Program-made: the position numbers and the translations under genes
In this document: piece after piece, positions 19,269 through 28,918 of the stretch
How positions within the stretch are numbered: position 1 is the first letter of the stretch
Layout of the letters: every line of letters starts with the position of its first letter
Notes under the pieces: model-generated
What the model saw: only the letters and a program-made list of their open reading frames with translations
The model's database searches: none
What the model was told of the DNA's origin: nothing
Source: Bacillota bacterium
GTDB taxonomy: Bacteria > Bacillota > Clostridia > Lachnospirales > Lachnospiraceae
Length of the DNA stretch: 64,000 nt
Assembly: GCA_023414355.1 (NCBI GenBank)
Contig: JAEZOB010000038.1
Coordinates: 5,022 to 69,021 of the forward strand
Reading direction: 5' to 3'

Positions 19269-20470
19269 AACAGCTTCCTCCGAATCAGCTCCACAACCTG
19301 TTCCGAAGCATGTCCGTCATCAGCATGATTATATTTTTGGTAAAATGCTTCCTGCTTTTCTCTGTAGAGGGAAACATCATAGTTTTTAATGGAAGCGATT
19401 AATTCCTCTGTTCTCTGTGTAACCGGACCGGGTGCTTCTGCCAGGAAATCGAAATAAAAACCACGAAGCGTATCCTTATATTCCTCTAAATCATAACAGA
19501 AGAACAGCATCGGCCGTTTAAGCAGGCTATAATCGAACATAACAGAAGAGTAATCCGTGATCATCATATCTGATACCAGATAAAGATCAGAGATATCATA
19601 GCTTAAGTCACAGGAATAAATGAAGCCTCGGTAAGGAGTCCAGTCAATCTGATCCATCACCAGATAGTGATACTTTACGATCATCACAGTATCTTCTCCC
19701 AGTTCATCCCGAAGGGCATGAAAATCCAGTGGAGGATTGAACTTGTACTTCCCCTTACCGTAAAACTCATTGTCACGCCAGGTAGGTGCATAGAGAATAA
19801 TGCGTTTATCCAAAGGTATTCCAAGACGTTTCTTTAATTCCGTAATATCCTTTTCGTTATTCTTTGCAAAAAGCACATCATTTCTGGGATATCCTATCTC
19901 CAGCATCTCCTTGCTAAAACCAAACGCCCTGCGAAAGATTTCAGTTGAGAAATGATTTTGGGAGACCAGATAATCCCAGGTCTGGGCATTCTCATAGAAA
20001 TTCTTCTTGTAATTATCGATACCTTTCTCTCCCGCCATATGAACAGTATCCATGTCCAGAGCGAGCTTCTTTAAAGGTGTCCCATGCCAGGTCTGGATAT
20101 AAGTACATTCCGGTCTTTTTATGATATATTTGGGTAATCTGGTATCACATACCCACGTACCGGCTACAGCAAATAAATAGAAGTATTTCAGTCTGGTTCT
20201 CTTTACGGCCATTGCCGCTCCGGGTAATTCGGTTTCCGGATTCTCCAGGATGAAATAACAGCGATAACTGCGATCCAGTCCCTGTCGCACCATCTCTTCA
20301 TAGATAGCTTTGGGGCTGCCGGTATAGTTCCTGCCGAGATTACTCTCGAAAAGAATGATTCTTTTATCAACAGGCAGTAGCTTCACAGCGAGTCTGTAAA
20401 CGAATAATACCGCTTTTTTCGCTAACTTCTTTAACTTTTTAATAACTTTATTTACTGCATCCATGAGCAA
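19265..20470 (-). CDS. CDP-glycerol glycerophosphotransferase (TagF-like)
   Basis: FES, QTWHGTPLKK, GYPRND, YAPTWRD and ITDYSSVMFD motifs. Confidence 0.88.
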   Translation of the reverse strand: MLMDAVNKVIKKLKKLAKKAVLFVYRLAVKLLPVDKRIILFESNLGRNYTGSPKAIYEEMVRQGLDRSYRCYFILENPETELPGAAMAVKRTRLKYFYLFAVAGTWVCDTRLPKYIIKRPECTYIQTWHGTPLKKLALDMDTVHMAGEKGIDNYKKNFYENAQTWDYLVSQNHFSTEIFRRAFGFSKEMLEIGYPRNDVLFAKNNEKDITELKKRLGIPLDKRIILYAPTWRDNEFYGKGKYKFNPPLDFHALRDELGEDTVMIVKYHYLVMDQIDWTPYRGFIYSCDLSYDISDLYLVSDMMITDYSSVMFDYSLLKRPMLFFCYDLEEYKDTLRGFYFDFLAEAPGPVTQRTEELIASIKNYDVSLYREKQEAFYQKYNHADDGHASEQVVELIRRKLL

Positions 20471-20483
20471 CTCTCATTCTCCT

Positions 20484-20891
20484 CTATTCGGATTTCTTCT
20501 GTGCACCAAGGTTAAGATCCTGCTTGATCTTTGTAGTAGAAATACCGTCTGTACGAGGAAGATATACCACCTCGCAATAATCCTTCAGAAAATCGAACTG
20601 ACCCTTCCAGTCATCTCCCATCACAAATACATCGATTTGATTGTCAACCACATCCTGAATTTTCTGCTCCCAGGTATACTCAGGAAGAACCTCGTCCACA
20701 TACTTAATTGCTTCAAGGATAATCTTTCTATCCTCATAGCTGTGATACGCTGTCTTATGCTTAATCGCATTGAACTCGTCGGAGGAAAGAACCACCACAA
20801 GATAATCCCCCAGCTCCCTAGCTCTTCTTAACAGGTTAATATGTCCTACATGCAGTAAATCATAAGTACCATACGTAATTACTTTCTTCAT
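20484..20891 (-). CDS. tagD: Glycerol-3-phosphate cytidylyltransferase
   Basis: YGTYDLLHVGH, MGDDW and RTDGISTT motifs. Confidence 0.93.
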   Translation of the reverse strand: MKKVITYGTYDLLHVGHINLLRRARELGDYLVVVLSSDEFNAIKHKTAYHSYEDRKIILEAIKYVDEVLPEYTWEQKIQDVVDNQIDVFVMGDDWKGQFDFLKDYCEVVYLPRTDGISTTKIKQDLNLGAQKKSE

Positions 20892-21046
20892 TTCACTCTT
20901 CGCGTTCCATCAGACAATGTTTTAGGAACGTTTTCCTCCTTTCAATTATGACAAATTCTATATCTTACCATGAACATAAAGTACATTCATGATCTTTTCA
21001 CTCCATTCGGCATTTGCAAGCAAGCATGTAAAACCTCATTACGCTC

Positions 21047-21799
21047 TTAATTATTTTCGGTTTCATTAATCTTAGCTTCATAGATTGCACTGACATCACT
21101 GACCTTACCTTTGGCAATCAGTCTGCCTTTCTCCAGTAAGATTGCACAGTTACACAGACGGTTCACCTGTTCCAAAGAGTGTGATACAAAAAGTACTGTA
21201 ACCCCTTTATCGAACATCGCCTTAATCTTCTTCTCACTCTTCTTCTTGAACTTCGCATCACCTACGGACAAAACCTCATCCAGAATCAGGATCTCCGGCT
21301 CTACGATCGTTGCGATGGAGAAGCCAAGTCTGGCCTTCATTCCGGAAGAATAATTTTTGACCGGCACATTGATAAAATCTCCTAGTTCCGAAAAGGCAAC
21401 AATCTCATTATATTTTTCTTTGATGAAGTCTTTTGAATAACCAAGGACAGCGCCGTAGAGATAAATATTCTCCGCTCCGGTATACTGCGGATCAAAACCT
21501 GCCCCCAACTCCAGCAGAGGCACGATCTTACCCTTGATATTTACTGTACCCTCCGTGGCCTTCAGTACTCCGGCAATAATCTTAAGCAACGTACTTTTTC
21601 CGGCACCATTGAGGCCGAGGATGCCTAATCGATCACCCTTATTCACAGAGAAGGTGATATCCTGCAATGCCCAGAATTCCTGATATCGCAGCTCATTTTT
21701 TACCATCTTGATAAAATATTCTTTTAGGTTATCAACCTTTTTTTCCATAAGATTGAATTTCATACCGACATGTTCAACCGTCAAAACTTTTTCCTTCAC
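21047..21799 (-). CDS. tagH: Teichoic acid/polysaccharide ABC exporter ATPase (TagH/Wzt)
   Basis: FWAL, GLNGAGKST, YSSGMKARL and DEVLSVGD motifs. Confidence 0.85.
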   Translation of the reverse strand: MKEKVLTVEHVGMKFNLMEKKVDNLKEYFIKMVKNELRYQEFWALQDITFSVNKGDRLGILGLNGAGKSTLLKIIAGVLKATEGTVNIKGKIVPLLELGAGFDPQYTGAENIYLYGAVLGYSKDFIKEKYNEIVAFSELGDFINVPVKNYSSGMKARLGFSIATIVEPEILILDEVLSVGDAKFKKKSEKKIKAMFDKGVTVLFVSHSLEQVNRLCNCAILLEKGRLIAKGKVSDVSAIYEAKINETENN

Positions 21800-21836
21800 A
21801 AAATCCTCCGTTCTACCAAGCGTAACGCTCTACCAA

Positions 21837-22628
21837 TTATATATTTAAGATGAAATCATCTTGCTTTTTGTAAAACAGCAGGATACCGATCAGCAAGGAG
21901 CCTAAGCTGTAAACAGCCGACAAAATAAAAGCTTCCGGGTTCAGCGGGTTGCCGAATATTGCATCTCTGAAATTAACAATAATCAGATAAAGCGGATTTA
22001 AATTAAAGATCCAGGCATAGTCACCCAGCTTCAAATCCTCTACATGATAGAAAATACCACAGGTATACATGATCAGCATCAGCGCTACACTCCAGAGGTA
22101 TTCCAGATCTCTGAAAAACACTGCTAACGTAGCCAGTATCATGCCAATGCCTAAGGAAAGAAATAAAATCATGATCAGTGGTATGAATATCTGTAACAAA
22201 TATATGGTTGGCATGACTCTGAACAAAATTGCCGCAAGGAATAAAATGATCAGTGATATTGCAAAAATCACATAATTGGACAGAATCGAAGAAAAAGGAT
22301 AGATGTACTTCGGTACATAAACCTTCTTAATCATCGCACTGTTACTTCGGATCGATTTCATTGCCGCTTTAGTCGCGTTCGAGAAAAAGGTATATAATAA
22401 CCTACCAGTCAGGATATAAACCGGAAAGGTTCTTCCTCCCCTGCCTAACAGGTTGGAGAAAACTACCGTAAGAACAGCCGTTGTCAAAAGCGGTTCCAAC
22501 AAGGTCCAGAAAATACCCAGATAAGACCTGCGATACTTCAGTTTGATATCCTTCTTTACCAGTTCCCCCAATAAGAAACGATATTTATTAAAGTTATTCC
22601 ATGCGCTCTTCAAACTTACCTCCATCAT
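21837..22628 (-). CDS. tagG: Teichoic acid/polysaccharide ABC exporter permease (TagG/Wzm)
   Basis: DIKLKYRRSYLG.FW, FFRDL and NPL motifs; ABC-2 membrane topology. Confidence 0.85.
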   Translation of the reverse strand: MMEVSLKSAWNNFNKYRFLLGELVKKDIKLKYRRSYLGIFWTLLEPLLTTAVLTVVFSNLLGRGGRTFPVYILTGRLLYTFFSNATKAAMKSIRSNSAMIKKVYVPKYIYPFSSILSNYVIFAISLIILFLAAILFRVMPTIYLLQIFIPLIMILFLSLGIGMILATLAVFFRDLEYLWSVALMLIMYTCGIFYHVEDLKLGDYAWIFNLNPLYLIIVNFRDAIFGNPLNPEAFILSAVYSLGSLLIGILLFYKKQDDFILNI

Positions 22629-22646
22629 GCCAGCAACTTGCCGGGC

Positions 22647-24896
22647 TTAATCATTTACAAACACTGATTTTACCACTTTTTCAGCTGCATGTCCATCTTC
22701 CCAATCACAAAATCTATGATAGAATTCATCGTATCTTTGGCGATATTCACAATTCACGGCTTTCATACCATGGATCGCTTCAATCACGTCATCTGTCGTA
22801 TATAATAAAGGTCCGGGAACCTCTTTTTCAATATCAAAGTAAAAACCTCGGAGCATATCTCGGTATTTCTCTAAATCATAGGTAAAGAACAGCATCGGTC
22901 TTCTTAGATTAGCATAGTCGAAGAATACCGAAGAGTAGTCAGTAATCAGAATATCTGAGATCAGATAGAGCTCGGAGATATCATCATAACGTGACATATT
23001 ATATACAAATCCTTTCAGAGCACTGACATCAATGGAATCTGCGATGAAGTAATGTGTTCTGAGAAGAACAAGATATTCTCCTCCCAGCTGTTCCTTCATA
23101 CGTTCCAGATTCAGATGCAGCTCGAACTTGTATTGGCCTTTTCCATAAAACTCATCATCACGCCAGGTAGGTGCATATAGAACTGTCTTTTTATCCAGAG
23201 GAATTCCCAGCTTGTTTCTAATCCCGATAGCCAACTCCTCTCGATTCGGAGCATGCAGGATATCATTTCTAGGATAGCCGGTCTCCAGTATGCGATTATC
23301 ATACGCAAAGCATCGCCGGAAGGTCGTGCTGCTGAATTCATTCGGAGCAATCAGATAATCCCAAGCCCTGGACTGTTTATAAAATTGCTGTTTGTATTTC
23401 GGAGAAGCAGATACAATTTCATCAATATCAAACACAAGCTTCTTCAAAGGCGTTCCATGCCAGGTCTGTAAGAAGACCGTATTCTCTCGTTTGATAAACC
23501 ATTCGGGCTGCCTGGTATTGAAAACAATATAACCGCAGCGCCCCAGGTAATAATAATACCATAAGGAAAATCTTTTTATCTTCTTATGACGATCCGGTAT
23601 AGCGGTATTCCTTTTGTCTAGTACCCAGATCATCCGATATCGACCAGGAAAATTCTTCGATAAATATTCGTATATATACTTTGGACTGTCAGAATAGCTC
23701 TTACCAAAGAAACTTTCAAATAAGATCCAATTCTTCTTCACCGGCCAAATCGTAAAGTAATGAATATAGAGATATTTCAGCAATACTTTTCTGTTTTTCA
23801 GAATTTTCTTCAACTTAAGATAGGCCAAATGAGTCTTCACAATCCGCATTGAGGTCTCGCGGTTTTCACTAAGTAACGCTCTGATGATACGCTTCTTATA
23901 ACCCTTTAATTCACTCAGAACATCAGTCTGTGCCTGCTTTATGATATTCTTCATGCAAATAAAATTATCATCACGCCAAACATCATCTTTGCTTCGTTTC
24001 AGCTTTGGAGCATAGGTATTCGCATAATAAGTAATATATTTTTTATCAAACAGCTGCCGGAGCTCGGAATCCTTCGGAATTCTTTTCACTGTCTCATCAT
24101 AGGTTTCCAAAAACTCATAAAAGCGTTCCGGATCCTTCCTCTGTGAAAGGGACGGAAAATGAATAGCATCGTTGTGATTTCTTTTTATATAAGTGGCCTC
24201 AGGACAGTATCTTATATTCCCTGCAACGGATAATGCTTCTAAAAGAAACGGAGCATCAGAAAAATAAAAAAGCTTCTCGGGAAAAGTTAGGCCGTGTTCT
24301 ATCGTGAAGCTTTTCCGAAAGAGTATATTGAGCACGGATATATTGCGAATTCCCCTCCGCTTTGCAACCAGAATACGATATGCTTTTTTCTGGTCATCCT
24401 CAAGATCCTTTTCATTCGCCAAATCAACGTCGTCGGCTTCAGACGCTTCCTCTTCCTTATTGTCTTCCTTTTCTTCTTCATTTTCCCGATTCTGAGTCAG
24501 GTAAATACTTCGTCCATACCAGGTCGTCACTTTCTTGCCATAGATGATATCAGCCCTATACTGTTCCGCAGCCAAAGCCAGATTGCCGATGGTATTACCA
24601 TATAAATAGTCATCGCTGTCAAGGAAATAGATATATTCTCCAGTAGATTGCTTTATTCCGAGATTTCTTGCCGCAGCTACACCGGTATTCTCCGACAGCA
24701 GAAAGATACGGACTGATAATATATCAAAATACTCTGCAAGAGCCTTGTATTCATTTTCCTGTGCATGATCGCAGATCAGGAGTATTTCCAGCTCCAAGCC
24801 AGCGATAGAAAGCTCCTTTTGTTCCATTATGCTGTCCAGACAGTCCCTAAGGTAAGCTTCTCCTCTTTGGAACGGAATGATAATACTGATTTTCAT
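22647..24896 (-). CDS. tagF: Bifunctional GT2 glycosyltransferase / CDP-glycerol glycerophosphotransferase (TagF-like)
   Basis: N-terminal GT2 domain (ISIIIP, ARNLG, FLDSDD) and C-terminal TagF domain (QTWHGTPLKK, GYPRND, ITDYSS); ATG at 24896 follows GGAAGGAG. Confidence 0.85.
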   Translation of the reverse strand: MKISIIIPFQRGEAYLRDCLDSIMEQKELSIAGLELEILLICDHAQENEYKALAEYFDILSVRIFLLSENTGVAAARNLGIKQSTGEYIYFLDSDDYLYGNTIGNLALAAEQYRADIIYGKKVTTWYGRSIYLTQNRENEEEKEDNKEEEASEADDVDLANEKDLEDDQKKAYRILVAKRRGIRNISVLNILFRKSFTIEHGLTFPEKLFYFSDAPFLLEALSVAGNIRYCPEATYIKRNHNDAIHFPSLSQRKDPERFYEFLETYDETVKRIPKDSELRQLFDKKYITYYANTYAPKLKRSKDDVWRDDNFICMKNIIKQAQTDVLSELKGYKKRIIRALLSENRETSMRIVKTHLAYLKLKKILKNRKVLLKYLYIHYFTIWPVKKNWILFESFFGKSYSDSPKYIYEYLSKNFPGRYRMIWVLDKRNTAIPDRHKKIKRFSLWYYYYLGRCGYIVFNTRQPEWFIKRENTVFLQTWHGTPLKKLVFDIDEIVSASPKYKQQFYKQSRAWDYLIAPNEFSSTTFRRCFAYDNRILETGYPRNDILHAPNREELAIGIRNKLGIPLDKKTVLYAPTWRDDEFYGKGQYKFELHLNLERMKEQLGGEYLVLLRTHYFIADSIDVSALKGFVYNMSRYDDISELYLISDILITDYSSVFFDYANLRRPMLFFTYDLEKYRDMLRGFYFDIEKEVPGPLLYTTDDVIEAIHGMKAVNCEYRQRYDEFYHRFCDWEDGHAAEKVVKSVFVND

Positions 24897-24954
24897 AATG
24901 CTCCTTCCATATAGGATGGGGCTGTCCAACCGCGTAGGTAACCACAGTATAGGA

Positions 24955-24983
24955 ATTATAGCATTTTAAGGAAGGTAAGTCAA
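24955..24983 (-). promoter_or_regulatory. sigmaA promoter of the tag operon
   Basis: Minus strand reads TTGACT-N17-TATAAT with a TG extended -10. Confidence 0.75.
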
Positions 24984-25062
24984 GGAACCCCCTCCTCGGT
25001 CCCATCCCACTATATTTTCTATAGTCTTGCCATGTTACTCCTCTGTAAACAGCTACCGGAAG

Positions 25063-25129
25063 CAAAAAGGGTGTTACAGTTATGTCCGCCTTGTCAGGTT
25101 CTGACTCAGGAAATACAACTGCAACACCC
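25063..25129 (-). terminator. Long-loop hairpin with a U-tract downstream of leuA
   Basis: GGGTGTTACAGTT...AACTGCAACACCC, preceded on the plus strand by AAAAA. Confidence 0.45.
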
Positions 25130-25143
25130 ATCCGTATCAATCA

Positions 25144-25248
25144 ATATTGAACGCTTTCATATTGTACGCTTTCATATTGTACGCTTTGTTATTATACACT
25201 TTGATATTGTTTTACTTAATATTGTTTTACTTAATATTGTTCTTTTAA
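25144..25248. repeat. Degenerate 15-bp tandem repeat, 7 units
   Basis: ATATTGAACGCTTTC, ATATTGTACGCTTTC, ATATTGTACGCTTTG, TTATTATACACTTTG, ATATTGTTTTACTTA (x2), ATATTGTTCTTTTAA. Confidence 0.85.
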
Positions 25249-25273
25249 TTATCTAATATTCTATTTCACATTA

Positions 25274-26941
25274 TTATTCTAACCCAAGACGGTTCAAAGC
25301 ACTAAAAATTGCACGGATGGAAGCCCTGGTGATATTCGAGCTTACTCCTACACCGAAGGTAGTTCTTCCGGTACGCACATCCAGCATCTGAATATATGCT
25401 GCAGCCTGTGCATTAGCACCGCCACCCAATGCATGCTCTGAATAGTCGAGAACCTTAATATCAATATTAAGCTCCTTCATCAGACCGTTCTGAACTGCAT
25501 CAATGGGACCATTGCCGGTAGCATCAAAGGTCTTTTCGATACCGTGGTTCGTATAGAGAATCTGTACGCTGGTGCAGGATTCATCCTTATCCGTAGTATC
25601 CTCGATCTTGCATTTCTTAAAGTGCAGCGGTTCCTTCTTCTCCAGATAGCAATTCTTAAATTCATTCAAGATCTGATCCGGAGCTACCTCACCCTGAACC
25701 TCGGATAACTTCTGGATTACATCGGCGAATTCCTTATGCATACCCTTCGGCAGCTTGAATCCGAAATAGGTCTCCATGATAAATGCGACACCACCCTTGC
25801 CGGACTGACTGTTAATACGAACAATCGGCTCGTACTGTCTTCCGATATCGGAAGGATCAATCGGCAGATAGGGAACTGCCCAGAAGCTGCTGTTACGTTC
25901 CTTCATTGCCTTAATGCCCTTATTAATCGCATCCTGATGGGAACCGGAGAAGGCTGTAAATACCAGCTTACCTGCATATGGATGTCTTTCATGGACTCTC
26001 ATCTTGCAAAGACGTTCATAGGCCTCAATAATCTCGTTAATATTATCAATACTCAACTCAGGATCAATTCCCTGAGAAAACATATTATATGCTATCGTTA
26101 AGATATCAACATTACCCGTTCTTTCACCGTTTCCGAATAACGTTCCCTCTACTCTGTCCGCACCTGCAAGGATTGCAAGCTCAGCAATGGCTACTCCCGT
26201 TCCGCGATCATTATGGGGATGGACACTTAAGAGGATGGAATCACGATCCTTAAAGTTCCTGCTCATCCATTCGATCTGGTCAGCATAAACATTTGGTGTA
26301 TTCATCTCAACAGTCGCGGGAAGATTAAAGATCAGCTTGTTCTGAGGGGTAGGCTGCCAGATTTCCTGAACAGCAGTACATACCTCAAGTGCATAATCCA
26401 CCTCGGTACCACTGAAGCTTTCCGGTGAGTACTCCAGGATAATCTCACCCGGGAAGTCCTTTGCGTATTCCTTCACCAGTTTTGTGCCCTCGATGGCGAT
26501 CTGCTTAATTTCCTCCCTGGACATATGAAAGACTACATCTCTCTGTAAAGTCGAAGTAGAATTATAGATATGCACAATCGCACGTTTTACCCCCACCAAC
26601 GATTCAAAGGTTCTTTTCAGCAAATGCTCCCTGCACTGTACCAGAACCTGCACAGTTACATCATCGGGAATTAACTTACGATCCACCAACTGACGCAAGA
26701 AATCAAATTCAATCTGAGATGCGGAAGGAAAGCCCACTTCAATCTCCTTAAAGCCCAGCTTCACCAGAAGCTGAAAGAATTCAATCTTCTCCTCTACAAC
26801 CATCGGCTCGATTAATGCCTGGTTTCCATCTCTTAAATCAACACTGCACCAGATCGGTGCTTTTTCAATCTGCTTTCCCGGCCACTGTCTGTCAGTTAAC
26901 TCTACCACGGGATTTCTCTGATATCTCTTAAAATTCAACAT
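25274..26941 (-). CDS. leuA: 2-isopropylmalate synthase (LeuA, yeast/actinobacterial-type subfamily)
   Basis: WCSVDLRDGNQAL, HPHNDRG, GNGERTGN, FSGSHQDAI and RINSQSGKGG motifs. Confidence 0.93.
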   Translation of the reverse strand: MLNFKRYQRNPVVELTDRQWPGKQIEKAPIWCSVDLRDGNQALIEPMVVEEKIEFFQLLVKLGFKEIEVGFPSASQIEFDFLRQLVDRKLIPDDVTVQVLVQCREHLLKRTFESLVGVKRAIVHIYNSTSTLQRDVVFHMSREEIKQIAIEGTKLVKEYAKDFPGEIILEYSPESFSGTEVDYALEVCTAVQEIWQPTPQNKLIFNLPATVEMNTPNVYADQIEWMSRNFKDRDSILLSVHPHNDRGTGVAIAELAILAGADRVEGTLFGNGERTGNVDILTIAYNMFSQGIDPELSIDNINEIIEAYERLCKMRVHERHPYAGKLVFTAFSGSHQDAINKGIKAMKERNSSFWAVPYLPIDPSDIGRQYEPIVRINSQSGKGGVAFIMETYFGFKLPKGMHKEFADVIQKLSEVQGEVAPDQILNEFKNCYLEKKEPLHFKKCKIEDTTDKDESCTSVQILYTNHGIEKTFDATGNGPIDAVQNGLMKELNIDIKVLDYSEHALGGGANAQAAAYIQMLDVRTGRTTFGVGVSSNITRASIRAIFSALNRLGLE

Positions 26942-27052
26942 AATAATATCCTCCTAATTAATATGATTAAAAACTGCGTCCAAGATAATCACACTAACTA
27001 CGGAGTCGATAAATCACGCTGTACAGTTTGATAATAAATAACTTGGAATTAT

Positions 27053-27073
27053 CTACGCGAGTCCCAACAACAT
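27053..27073 (-). promoter_or_regulatory. Candidate Leu-rich leader mini-ORF (MLLGLA) in the leuA 5' leader
   Basis: AGAAAGGA-TCTG-ATG TTG TTG GGA CTC GCG TAG, enclosed by the complementary segments TGGAATTA and TAATTCCA. Confidence 0.5.
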
Positions 27074-27355
27074 CAGATCCTTTCTATATGAGATTATGTA
27101 ATTCCAGAGACTTCCTTGTGTAAGTAATCCAGCTGCTAAAAGCAGCTGGACTTAACTGTCTCACTATGACGGTATGACTTATTGCATGGGCAGCATGCTA
27201 ACGTTTTAATCCGTTAAAGCATTTATATAGGAGTACACCATCCGATAGCTGCATACATCCTATGATTGGAAGTAATAACCTGCTGTCAACATGGTGTTTA
27301 GAATATATTTTCAAATATTAGCAAATAGCTGATTGAGTGAATTACAGTGACTTGT

Positions 27356-27384
27356 ATTATAGCATCACGGGTATGCATATGCAA
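27356..27384 (-). promoter_or_regulatory. Candidate sigmaA promoter for leuA (long leader of about 400 nt)
   Basis: Minus strand reads TTGCAT-N17-TATAAT with a TG extended -10. Confidence 0.6.
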
Positions 27385-27392
27385 CCCTTTTT

Positions 27393-27671
27393 TCACTTCT
27401 TGATAAATTCATCCCCTAGTCCACCCGTGATCATATTGGTAAGGACAGTAAGGGCATCCGACTCATCCGGACCCTCGCAGATCAGCTCTATCTCATCTTT
27501 GTGCTTCACACACGCAGACAGCACCCCCAAAACACTTTTGGCATTTACAGATTTGTCCCCCAACTTAATCGTTACGGTTGACTTAAAATCAATGGCTCTG
27601 TTGCACAAAACACTGATTGGCCTTAAATGAAGCCCTGCTGGGATATTGATGATTATTTTTTTACTAACCAT
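27393..27671 (-). CDS. HPr family phosphocarrier protein
   Basis: GLHLRP (His15), NAKSVLGVL (Ser46) and GPDE motifs. Confidence 0.88.
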   Translation of the reverse strand: MVSKKIIINIPAGLHLRPISVLCNRAIDFKSTVTIKLGDKSVNAKSVLGVLSACVKHKDEIELICEGPDESDALTVLTNMITGGLGDEFIKK

Positions 27672-27700
27672 GAGATACCTCCTATCTTAGGTCAATGCTG

Positions 27701-28918
27701 TCATTTATTTGTAACTAATACGTTGACGGTTGGATTGCCGGTTAGGGATGAATAGTCTCCTAAATCTGCTTTAATGGGAACGGTATATGTACCGGCTGTG
27801 TAATCCGTCAAGTTAATATAAGGCTTCAGATTATTCCGGTTCAGATTCTTTAATTCCTCAGCCGGCCCCTCTGCCTTCAGTACAATCGGCCCTGATACAA
27901 GCAGGGTGGCATTTGCGATAATATCTAGCCCCCGAATCTCAATATCTGTAGGCCATACCGTGATCTCCTTTGTTTCGGCCTTTTCAATGCTGATATTCAC
28001 TGCTACTGTCTGATCCTCACCTACCAAGATCAAGCCCTCTCCCAGCTGCTCGGAGAGATTGATTTCCTTCTCAATATTATCTCGTGCACCGCTGACATCT
28101 TCTTCTATGGTGAGATCCTTTACTTGATCCAATACATTATACTTGCCTGCAACCTCAATTGTCTTAGGCTCATAATCCACATTGGTCACCACGTAACCGC
28201 TTGCAGGCCGTCCTGTAGTTACAATAAGTAAATCGATCTGTCTTGTCTGATAGATACTGATATTGATCGTCGCATAGTTCTCACTGAAGCTTAAATTGGA
28301 AGCGTCGATTTCTTCCCCTTCCTTATCTACTGCTTTCAGTTTCTCGGCACTGCGGAAATTCTCCGAAGCATCTGCCACATTTACTACTGCAACAATTTCG
28401 TTAATCCGTTCAATCTTGCTCTTGGGCCCTGTTACCGTAATGATCGTGCTTGCTGTCTTCTCCCCGACGCAAAAGCCCTCCGCAGGAGTCCCCTTCGTAA
28501 CAACAGTTACCTTAAAATTCTTATCTACCTTCTCTTCCAGATTGATCTTCATAACCTGATATAAACCGTCAGTTACGGTTACTTCATCTCCGTAACGGGG
28601 GCATTTGATGTCGATCGTAACTGCATTGACATCGGATAGCTTTGCAAAATTAGCTGTCACTTCAAAATCTGATGCAGTCAAATCGTCTGCAATCGATCTT
28701 CTGGCCGCAACTGTAAAGTCAATCGAAGCTCCTTCTAAAACCTCGTATACCTTGCCCTGAGATGTGATGGCGTCCTCATTCAATATCTTGACCTTTACAT
28801 TTTCAAAAGGTACTCGTGTAATGGGGTCATCGACATTGGTGATTACCAACCATAAAAAGGCGGCAAGAATAATGGACAGAACTTTTAAGCCGATGTTCTT
28901 AGTCAACTTCTCTTTCAT
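27701..28918 (-). CDS. cdaR: CdaR/YbbR-domain regulator of diadenylate cyclase
   Basis: N-terminal TM (K..S...A..LW), repeated beta-rich YbbR-like units; overlaps the cdaA stop. Confidence 0.8.
   Translation of the reverse strand: MKEKLTKNIGLKVLSIILAAFLWLVITNVDDPITRVPFENVKVKILNEDAITSQGKVYEVLEGASIDFTVAARRSIADDLTASDFEVTANFAKLSDVNAVTIDIKCPRYGDEVTVTDGLYQVMKINLEEKVDKNFKVTVVTKGTPAEGFCVGEKTASTIITVTGPKSKIERINEIVAVVNVADASENFRSAEKLKAVDKEGEEIDASNLSFSENYATINISIYQTRQIDLLIVTTGRPASGYVVTNVDYEPKTIEVAGKYNVLDQVKDLTIEEDVSGARDNIEKEINLSEQLGEGLILVGEDQTVAVNISIEKAETKEITVWPTDIEIRGLDIIANATLLVSGPIVLKAEGPAEELKNLNRNNLKPYINLTDYTAGTYTVPIKADLGDYSSLTGNPTVNVLVTNK

Noticed and set aside
20892..20945. Strong SD (AAAGGAGG) about 43 nt upstream of tagD, separated from it by a small hairpin
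   Set aside because: No start codon lies at a usable spacing, so I cannot support a uORF or a bypass mechanism.
25144..25248. Possible CRISPR array
   Set aside because: The units are 15 bp and contiguous with no unique spacers, and there are no cas genes in the window.
24847..25256. ORFs 24847..25140 (-) and 25032..25256 (+)
   Set aside because: They overlap the tag promoter, the terminator hairpin and the tandem repeat; they have no SD and no recognisable protein features.
27198..27314. Longer TTG-initiated leader ORF containing LLL upstream of leuA
   Set aside because: It has no SD and its Leu content is unremarkable for its length; the MLLGLA mini-ORF is the better candidate.
26945..27350. 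T-box riboswitch upstream of leuA
   Set aside because: I found no GGTGGNACC T-box sequence or antiterminator on the minus strand.
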